A DNA stretch of 59,301 nt, taken from contig CAYGGA010000004.1 in NCBI GenBank assembly GCA_964349395.1, positions 1-59,301 of the forward strand, in the 5' to 3' direction. The notes beneath the pieces are model-generated. The model saw only the letters and a list, made by a program, of their open reading frames with translations. It was not told the DNA's origin and made no database searches. The stretch comes from an uncultured Gammaproteobacteria bacterium (GTDB lineage Bacteria; Patescibacteriota; Microgenomatia; Woykebacterales; RBG-16-39-9b). Each line of letters opens with the position of its first letter. Within the stretch, counting starts at the first letter, position 1. The position numbers and the translations under genes are program-made. Shown piece after piece: positions 47,988-55,279 of this stretch.

Positions 47988-49772
47988 ATGAAAAAATTGA
48001 ACACCTCTGAACTTCGCGAAGAATTTCAGAAATTTTTTGAAAGTAAGGGCCATAAACGAATTCCTAGTGCTTCCCTAGTTCCTGAAAATGACCCAACCGC
48101 CCTTTTTACTACTGCGGGTATGCATCCTCTAGTTCCTTATCTGATGGGTCAAGAACATCCATCTGGAAAAAGACTAACCAATTCCCAAAAAAGTTTTCGA
48201 ACTGATGATATTGAAGAAGTTGGAGATCACTCCCACGCCACTTTTTTTGAGATGCTGGGCAATTGGTCTCTTGGAGATTACTGGAAAAAAGAAGCTATTT
48301 CTTGGAGCTGGGAATTTTTAACTAAAGTTCTGGATATTCCAGAAGAAAGAATCTTTGTCACTATTTTTGCCGGAGACGAGGACGCTCCCAAAGACACCGA
48401 AAGTAAAGAAATCTGGAAAAGTATTGGGGTGCCAGAAAATAGAATTTTTGAATATCCCAAAGAGAAAAACTGGTGGGGGCCAGTCGGGGACTCCGGTCCC
48501 TGCGGGCCAGATACAGAGATGTTTTATGACACTGTGGGTGGGCCACTAAATGAGGGTCACCCCAATGATGAGACAGGGAGATTTGTGGAGTTTTGGAATG
48601 ATGTCTTTATGCAGTATGAAAGACGTGCCCACGGGGAAAGTAAGAGTGAGCATGTTGATGGGCATTATGAATACATTCCCTTGAAACAACAGAATGTAGA
48701 CACCGGTATGGGTCTAGATAGAATGGTGTCTATTCTGCAAGGATTACCAAGTATTTATGAGGTGGATGTGTACCAAGACGCCATGGCTAAACTCAAAAGT
48801 TGGGCCGATATCACAGGCAACGACGATCGTATAATTGCTGATCATATGCGTGCCACCTTATTTCTTATTTCAGACGGGGTCATGCCCTCCAACGTCGGGC
48901 GTGGGTACATTTTGAGAAGATTGATTCGCCGTGCCCTTAAACTCGCTAGACGATGGGGGTTCCAAGGAAATCTTCACGAATTAATTGATAGTTTTGTACT
49001 GGCCTACAAAGAAGCTTTCCCAGAGGTAATTGAGGGTGCCAAGGTGGCCAAACAAATTGTAGTTGAGGAAAAAACCAAATTTCTCCAAGCTTTGGAAAAA
49101 GGCGAAGAAGTTTTTCATAAATATACGGCGGATAAAGATTTTTTGACCGGAGAGGAAATTTTTAACCTCTACACCACTTATGGTTTGCAGCCCGAAATTA
49201 CTCATGAGCTAGCCGAAGCCAAGAAAATAAAAATTGAGAAAGTGGAGTCAGAAAAATCAGAGAAAATGTTTAAAGCCCACCAAGCTAAATCAAGGACAGC
49301 CAGTTCTGGGATGTTTGCAGGGGGCCTGTCTGATCATTCTGAAATAGTCACCCGGATGCATACTGCCACTCATTTACTTCATCAAGCCCTTAGAGACGTG
49401 TTGGGCGACCATGTTTATCAACGGGGGTCAAATATTACTCCGGAAAGACTAAGATTTGACTTTTCGCACAGCGAGAAGCTGACTCCAGAACAACTGGCCA
49501 GGGTGGAGGAGATTGTAAACAAGCGGGTTAAAGAAGACCTGACTGTTCACAAACACATTATGAGTTTGGAAGAAGCTAAAAAAATTGGTGCCATTGGGCT
49601 TTTTGGTGAAAAATATGGAGAAACAGTGAGTGTCTATACCATGGGGGACTATAGTAAAGAATTCTGTGGTGGCCCTCACGTGGAGCACACTTCAAAAGTT
49701 GGAACTTTTAAAATTCTAAAAGAAGAAGCTCTCGGCGCAGGTCTAAGAAGAATCAAAGCGGTTGTTAATTAA
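47988..49772 (+). CDS. alaS: Alanine--tRNA ligase (no C-Ala domain)
   Basis: FTTAGMHPL, FFEMLGNWS, DTGMGLDR; editing motifs HTATHLLH and CGGPHV; ends after the editing domain. Confidence 0.97.
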   Translation: MKKLNTSELREEFQKFFESKGHKRIPSASLVPENDPTALFTTAGMHPLVPYLMGQEHPSGKRLTNSQKSFRTDDIEEVGDHSHATFFEMLGNWSLGDYWKKEAISWSWEFLTKVLDIPEERIFVTIFAGDEDAPKDTESKEIWKSIGVPENRIFEYPKEKNWWGPVGDSGPCGPDTEMFYDTVGGPLNEGHPNDETGRFVEFWNDVFMQYERRAHGESKSEHVDGHYEYIPLKQQNVDTGMGLDRMVSILQGLPSIYEVDVYQDAMAKLKSWADITGNDDRIIADHMRATLFLISDGVMPSNVGRGYILRRLIRRALKLARRWGFQGNLHELIDSFVLAYKEAFPEVIEGAKVAKQIVVEEKTKFLQALEKGEEVFHKYTADKDFLTGEEIFNLYTTYGLQPEITHELAEAKKIKIEKVESEKSEKMFKAHQAKSRTASSGMFAGGLSDHSEIVTRMHTATHLLHQALRDVLGDHVYQRGSNITPERLRFDFSHSEKLTPEQLARVEEIVNKRVKEDLTVHKHIMSLEEAKKIGAIGLFGEKYGETVSVYTMGDYSKEFCGGPHVEHTSKVGTFKILKEEALGAGLRRIKAVVN

Positions 49773-50196
49773 TCTTGGTTAAATCTTGATTAATGATAAT
49801 GGGATTAATACCCATAATCTCTTCGTAAAGCGGTGAATTTTTGGCTGGAGGCCTCCAGAGATAGATTTTTTTCTTCAAATAAAAAGCCACGGTCATCTCC
49901 ATTAGGACATTACCCCCGATGTAACCTTCTTGATCATGTTTCAAAGCATTAATTACCAGAATACTATCTCCCATCGCCACTTTCTTAAGGTGACCTTTGA
50001 TTAGGTTAGTCTTGAGTTTCCAATCTTTGGGGTCAGTAAACCAAGTTTTGTTGTAGTTAAAGTTGTTGCGTTTTATTTTTGCCGCCGTGGCGGGGACTAA
50101 AACCTTAAGACCACGTTTTTTAAGCTCGGTGGCTATTTCTAGAAGTTCTTTGTAAAAAGAAAAGCTGGCACAAAGAGTAATTACCTTTGTTTTCAT
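49765..50196 (-). CDS. Nucleoside 2-deoxyribosyltransferase-like protein
   Basis: ITLCAS start, D-S-I-L-V-I-N, GYIGGNVLMEM...AFYLKKKIY pattern. Confidence 0.55.
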   Translation of the reverse strand: MKTKVITLCASFSFYKELLEIATELKKRGLKVLVPATAAKIKRNNFNYNKTWFTDPKDWKLKTNLIKGHLKKVAMGDSILVINALKHDQEGYIGGNVLMEMTVAFYLKKKIYLWRPPAKNSPLYEEIMGINPIIINQDLTKIN

Positions 50197-50215
50197 GATT
50201 TTACTTTACCATAAA

Positions 50216-50428
50216 ATGAGTGCCTACCGACTTGCTTTTATAGGTGTAAAAAAGTATCATCAAGAGAGCCTTGAGGCTCAAGTACTTGCCCATATGAAAT
50301 TTACTTTAAAGAACTTTCTTCCACAAAAAGAGGATCCTGATTTTATATTCAGCTTGCTGAAAACTCTGATTTTTAGGTCAGGGTTGCAAGCAAATGAATA
50401 CATACTCCCCGGAGATTACGGTAGATGA
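50216..50428 (+). CDS. Hypothetical 70-aa protein coupled to the ftsA-like gene
   Basis: ATGA stop/start overlap with 50425. Confidence 0.45.
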   Translation: MSAYRLAFIGVKKYHQESLEAQVLAHMKFTLKNFLPQKEDPDFIFSLLKTLIFRSGLQANEYILPGDYGR

Positions 50429-51444
50429 CCTCAATTTTCAGCAACGTCATTAAACTTTTGAAGAACCCCCGGTCCACAGGACCGGAGGAGTTTATTGTTA
50501 TTGATATTGGTCTGCAAAGACTTACTGCCGCAGTTTTTAAACCATCGGCCGTGGGTCCTACTATCGTTCCCAAACTCATGGGTTTGAGCCGTAAAACAGG
50601 TTTAGATGAAGAGAATGTTTTTGCCTTGACTAGTGATGCTCTTAAAACAGTAGAATCAATCGTCATGCACCTACCCAAGAAAGTCTTGTTGGGTGTCAGT
50701 GGGTTGGGTTCCAAAACAGCCACCGTGGTGGCTAGAGTCCAGAGAGCAGACAGCACTAAACCAATAACCGAGTATGAGCTGCAAGAAATTTTGGAAAAAA
50801 GTGCCCAAAGCCAGACCCTCTTCTCTGTCGAAGAACAAAAAGACTACAAATTATTTTTCTCCTCCGTGGTGTGGGCCAATATTGATGGTGCCAAGATAAA
50901 TAATCCCGTAGGAAGTCGTGGCAGTAGCATGGAAGTAAGCTGTTTTCACGCCTACAAAAAAACTAATGAGCTAGACAATTGGGACCGTCAACTCCAAGAC
51001 ATGGGGCTGGAGATCAAAAAAATCATCCCCGCTGCTTTTGCTTTAAGTAAGATTATTATTAGAAATGGGATTCAAAGTCTGATTCTGATCCGAATTTCCG
51101 AAGAAAAAACTGAGGTGAGTTTTATCACTGACACCAATATTGCCGAGATTGCCACCTTTGATTTAGGTTATGAGAACCTAGATCTGTGGACCCAAGCTAT
51201 TTCCATCCTTTTTACCGAGGTAAATTTGCCTAAAGGGCTGCCAGATGTGATTTGGGTTTATCCTGAGGGAAAAGAAGAGGTTGGGGAAAGAGTCCGAACC
51301 AATTTGCTAGAAATAAACTGGACGAGAGACTTTAAAAGAGAAATTCCCAATGTGAAGCTTGGGCAGAAGCCCGAAGGGTTTAGTGTGGAAGATACCCCGC
51401 TGATCTCACTAGGGATGGAGGGAATAAGTAGTGGACTCGCTTAA
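50425..51444 (+). CDS. FtsA-like actin-fold protein, degenerate ATP motifs
   Basis: IVIDIG phosphate-1 remnant; FtsA 1C-like segment IDGAKINNPVG; phosphate-2 replaced by RISEEKT. Confidence 0.7.
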   Translation: MTSIFSNVIKLLKNPRSTGPEEFIVIDIGLQRLTAAVFKPSAVGPTIVPKLMGLSRKTGLDEENVFALTSDALKTVESIVMHLPKKVLLGVSGLGSKTATVVARVQRADSTKPITEYELQEILEKSAQSQTLFSVEEQKDYKLFFSSVVWANIDGAKINNPVGSRGSSMEVSCFHAYKKTNELDNWDRQLQDMGLEIKKIIPAAFALSKIIIRNGIQSLILIRISEEKTEVSFITDTNIAEIATFDLGYENLDLWTQAISILFTEVNLPKGLPDVIWVYPEGKEEVGERVRTNLLEINWTRDFKREIPNVKLGQKPEGFSVEDTPLISLGMEGISSGLA

Positions 51445-53161
51445 ATTTGATCGTAGCAGTACTTTAGCTGACATTATTAAGAAAATTACCTCTACCGAAA
51501 GTGAGAAAATCACTATTGTGATTGATAGTGACTCTCCGGTTTTAAAAAATCCTCTTAACTATAAAATTTTGGAGAAATTAGCAGCTGAAAAAGGAAAAGA
51601 AATTGAACTCACTGAACTTACTCCTAGTGGACAGATTGAAGAAGTTCCAGCTCAGGAACTAGAAGAGAATTTAGGCTTTGTGGAAGAGGGAAGTGATAAA
51701 GAGGTCATGAAAGAAGCCCAGACTGCAGAGGAAGCGGTGCAGGAGGGAACGCTAGCTTCAGAGTCAGAAACTTTAGAACTAAGTCCAGAATCTGACGTAG
51801 TGCAAACTTTGGGAGAAGACCTACCTAAATTTGGAATTGAGCCGCCGGATCAACCTTTAAACACCTCTCTACCTGACGAAGAGGTGTCCCGTGAAGAGGG
51901 AGCTGCGCCTGGATTTCTTCCTATAAAGGGTTTTAAATTTCCTAGTTTAAATTTTAAAAACCTGAAAAATTTTAAATTCACGCGCCAACGTCTGCTTATC
52001 GGCGGGGGAGCAGTAGGCTTTTTACTCGTGGTCTTTATCCTCTTTTACTTACTACCTTCTGCCCAAGTAACTCTTTACGTGGCTGCCCAGAATTTGGAGA
52101 AACAGGCCACCGTTACCGCTACCCCCAGGCTAAATGATATTAATGTCCCCTCCTCCTCAATTCCTCTCACTACCGTGGAAGTAAGAGAAAGTGGTTCTCT
52201 GTCAACCAAAGTCTTTGGTAAGAAAAATATTGGTGATCCTGCCAAGGGTAAAGTCACAATCAGAAATTACTCTACCAGTAAGGAAAAAGCCCTTCCTAAA
52301 GGTAGTACCTTAAGAGTTGTGGGTAAGTCTCCAGTCGTAGAGTTTAGTCTAGATCGTGCAGTCACGGTGCCCAGTGGGACGGCCTCTTCTTCGATAGATT
52401 CGTCCGGTCGCCAGGTAACTGTGGTTGATCCTGGAAGACTAGATGTCGAATCCACAGCCAGTAAAATCGGCACTGAGGGGAATATTAGTTCCGGTACCAG
52501 ACTAGCTATTAGTAATGAAGGGCTAGATGTAGTGGACGCCATTGCTGCTTCTGATTTTTCTGGGGGTAGCAGCAAGGAAGTGACGGTAGTTTCAGCTGCG
52601 GATCGTAATAATCTTTTGGCCACGCTCTCGGCCCAGCTGACTGACAAAGCCAAAGAAGAAGTGATGAAGAAATTAACTGACGGTCAAAAACTACCGGATG
52701 GGGGAGTAGAGACTACCGAAGTTAAAAAGGTTTTCAGTAAAGATATTGATCAAGAAGCTAGTGATTTGAATTTAAACCTGGAGATTTCTGCTAAAGCTAG
52801 CGTCTACAATGAAAAAGATTTAGCCAAACTTTTGGTAGAAATTCTTGCAGAAGATGTCTCGGAAGGATATAAAATCAGTGAAAAAGAAACTGAAGCCACA
52901 GCGGAAGTTTTGAAAGTAAATGATGATAAAACGGTTACTCTGGGCGCCAAGATAAAAAGTAAATTGGTTCCTGATCTAGATAATAGTGAAATAGCTAAAA
53001 ATTTGCAGGGTAAAAGTATTGATAAAGCTAAAGAGTATTTAGAATCCCTTAAAAATATTGATGATGTGGAGATTGCACTTGAGCCCCAGGCGCTGAATAT
53101 TTTTAAAATCTTTCCTCAAAATAGCAGTCGGATAAAAATCGAAATTGTTTCTAAGAATTAG
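51431..53161 (+). CDS. Bitopic membrane protein with baseplate J/gp47-like extracytoplasmic region
   Basis: Cytoplasmic N-domain, acidic linker, one TM, then AKGKVTIRN...LPKG...GTEGNI...FSGGSS pattern. Confidence 0.65.
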   Translation: MDSLKFDRSSTLADIIKKITSTESEKITIVIDSDSPVLKNPLNYKILEKLAAEKGKEIELTELTPSGQIEEVPAQELEENLGFVEEGSDKEVMKEAQTAEEAVQEGTLASESETLELSPESDVVQTLGEDLPKFGIEPPDQPLNTSLPDEEVSREEGAAPGFLPIKGFKFPSLNFKNLKNFKFTRQRLLIGGGAVGFLLVVFILFYLLPSAQVTLYVAAQNLEKQATVTATPRLNDINVPSSSIPLTTVEVRESGSLSTKVFGKKNIGDPAKGKVTIRNYSTSKEKALPKGSTLRVVGKSPVVEFSLDRAVTVPSGTASSSIDSSGRQVTVVDPGRLDVESTASKIGTEGNISSGTRLAISNEGLDVVDAIAASDFSGGSSKEVTVVSAADRNNLLATLSAQLTDKAKEEVMKKLTDGQKLPDGGVETTEVKKVFSKDIDQEASDLNLNLEISAKASVYNEKDLAKLLVEILAEDVSEGYKISEKETEATAEVLKVNDDKTVTLGAKIKSKLVPDLDNSEIAKNLQGKSIDKAKEYLESLKNIDDVEIALEPQALNIFKIFPQNSSRIKIEIVSKN

Positions 53162-53189
53162 TAAACTATACATTGTTGAACTTATTCTA

Positions 53190-53282
53190 GCGGGTCCTGC
53201 CTCACCTTGTCCCTCCCATCGTACGTCCTCGCTAATCGCTTGCGGGCGGTGCGATGGGATCCTTTCCAGGTGAGTCACCCGC
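53190..53282. repeat. 93-bp palindromic repeat, family 2, copy 2
   Basis: GCGGGTCCTG...CTCGCT...GGGATCC...CACCCGC. Confidence 0.7.
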
Positions 53283-53297
53283 CTTAATTGGAAAATT

Positions 53298-53672
53298 ATG
53301 AAATTATTGGGTGTGGATTATGGCTTAAAAAGAATTGGTCTTGCTTACTCTGAGGGTAGTCTAGCTCAACCCATGGGCAAACTTACGGTTGATTCTACTA
53401 CAGACGCGTTGCAGAAGGTTTTGCGCAGTGTTCATACTTACGAGGTAGATACTGTGGTCATTGGCGTGCCAGATCCAGATTCGATTGGCGCTCGTGAATT
53501 TGGGGAGAAATTAAGAGAAGTAGGGGATTTGGAAGTCGAATTTGTGGATGAGACCATGACATCTCTTGATGCTCAAGAGCGACTAAAATCCCATCCTCAG
53601 AAAAAAAGAAAAGAACTACTGGATTCCGCGGCCGCAACCTTAATACTAACTTCCTATTTGGAGCGTCAGTGA
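53298..53672 (+). CDS. yqgF: YqgF/RuvX family nuclease
   Basis: LGVDYGLKRIGLA, VIGVP, VDETMTS, DSAAATLIL. Confidence 0.93.
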   Translation: MKLLGVDYGLKRIGLAYSEGSLAQPMGKLTVDSTTDALQKVLRSVHTYEVDTVVIGVPDPDSIGAREFGEKLREVGDLEVEFVDETMTSLDAQERLKSHPQKKRKELLDSAAATLILTSYLERQ

Positions 53673-54676
53673 GAATATCGACGATGATGATAGATGGCTC
53701 TCTACCACCAAAAAAAAATTACAAAAAATGGCTCCTAGTTAGCTTGCCGATTTTATTAGTCCTGATTGGGGTACTAGTGGTTTTGTGGTACCACACCAAT
53801 CTTTTAGCCCCTTCAAAACAGGACACCCAGAAAGTTTTTATTATTCATGAAGGGGAGTCGGTGAAAGAAATTGCGGATCGGTTAGAGAGTGAGGGGCTCA
53901 TAAAAAATAGTCTCGTTTTTAGAATCTATCTGAGATTTGGGGGGAAAGATATTAATATCCAAACTGGAGATTTTAAACTAAAGACCAATATGACTGCCCC
54001 AAAACTAGCTCAAAATTTAGAGACGGGGGTGATTGATGTTTGGGTGACCCTTTTTGAAGGATGGAGAGTCGAGGAGATGGGAAAAGCGCTTAAAAGTAAA
54101 TTAGGTATTGATGAAGAAGCCTTTATCAACACTGCCCAAGAAGGGTACATGTTCCCGGATACTTATCTGGTTCCCAAAGACGCTACCGCTGAAGAGATAA
54201 TTACAATTTTGAAAAATAATTTTGACAAAAGACTAAAGGATAATAATTTGACCCCTACTAGTGGGACTAAGGAGTTGACCCTGGAAGAAAAAGTTACTCT
54301 CGCCTCTCTCCTAGAAAGAGAATCTAAAGGTGGTTTGGAAGAGAGAAGTACAATTGCAGGTATTTTGCTAAATAGATTAAGACAAAGTATGCCTTTGCAG
54401 GTGGATGCCACTATCCAATATGATTTGGGTCATGATGGGAATTGGTGGCCGGAGATAGTACCTCAAGATTATGAAAAAAATACTCCCAATAGCACTTATG
54501 CTCATCTTGGTTTACCACCCGCGCCCATCTGTAATCCGGGGATTGATAGTTTGAAGGCCGCTTTTAACCCTAGTATTACTGACTACTTATACTATCTTCA
54601 TGGCACCGACGGGAAAATCCATTACGCTAAGACTTTAGAAGACCATAACCAAAATAAAGCAATGTATACTCGTTAA
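53669..54676 (+). CDS. mltG: Endolytic transglycosylase MltG
   Basis: TM, EGYMFPDTY, LASLLERE, NRL...MPLQVDAT, GLPPAPICNPG, YLYY. Confidence 0.94.
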   Translation: MRISTMMIDGSLPPKKNYKKWLLVSLPILLVLIGVLVVLWYHTNLLAPSKQDTQKVFIIHEGESVKEIADRLESEGLIKNSLVFRIYLRFGGKDINIQTGDFKLKTNMTAPKLAQNLETGVIDVWVTLFEGWRVEEMGKALKSKLGIDEEAFINTAQEGYMFPDTYLVPKDATAEEIITILKNNFDKRLKDNNLTPTSGTKELTLEEKVTLASLLERESKGGLEERSTIAGILLNRLRQSMPLQVDATIQYDLGHDGNWWPEIVPQDYEKNTPNSTYAHLGLPPAPICNPGIDSLKAAFNPSITDYLYYLHGTDGKIHYAKTLEDHNQNKAMYTR

Positions 54677-55221
54677 GAGTTTCTAGGTCGAGCACTCAGT
54701 ACTTTGGCAAAGATTTCTCTAAGGTAAGGGTGAGTAAGATGGGTTTGCGTATTATCAAAGAACTCAGTTAAATTTTTACCAAATTCAATCTCGTACTCCA
54801 AGGCTTGGATAGCCATTTCTAATTTATCCAGCTGTTTAAACACCCTAGCTTCAGGAGTCTGGACTTCTTGCATTTCTTTAAAAAGGTCAATATAGGTTTG
54901 GCTTTCTCCCTCAAATAGTTCTCGTATTGCTTCTAATTCGAGCTTATCTTTTTGTTCTCTAATACTCGCCATTTTTTCTTTACCTCTTTCCACAATCAAA
55001 TCCCCTGTTTTAGTTTCAGAAATATCATGAATTAGAGCCATTCTGACTAGTTTTTCTCTGTCCACACCTAGTTTTGGTCCCAAAACCATAGCTAAAAAGA
55101 CCGTCCCAAAGATATGTTCCGCCACACTTTCTGGATCAGGAATATTCTCTCTGACCCAACCAGTTCTTTTAATTCTTTTTGACAGATTTACTTGTCTGAT
55201 CAAATCCAAAATTTCCATCAC
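54673..55221 (-). CDS. HD-domain phosphohydrolase (YfbR/HDDC2-like)
   Basis: KRTGW, ESVAEH, ALIHDISE, DKLE. Confidence 0.88.
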   Translation of the reverse strand: MMEILDLIRQVNLSKRIKRTGWVRENIPDPESVAEHIFGTVFLAMVLGPKLGVDREKLVRMALIHDISETKTGDLIVERGKEKMASIREQKDKLELEAIRELFEGESQTYIDLFKEMQEVQTPEARVFKQLDKLEMAIQALEYEIEFGKNLTEFFDNTQTHLTHPYLREIFAKVLSARPRNS

Positions 55222-55279
55222 CTGTAGTTTACTACATCAGGTGTTTGACTTATAGGTAAGGGAGTTTTAATCTAAATCT

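Noticed and set aside
51431-53161. Prophage or contractile injection system suggested by the baseplate-J-like gene
   Set aside because: No capsid, tail, terminase or integrase genes nearby; the protein has a TM anchor and sits among housekeeping genes.
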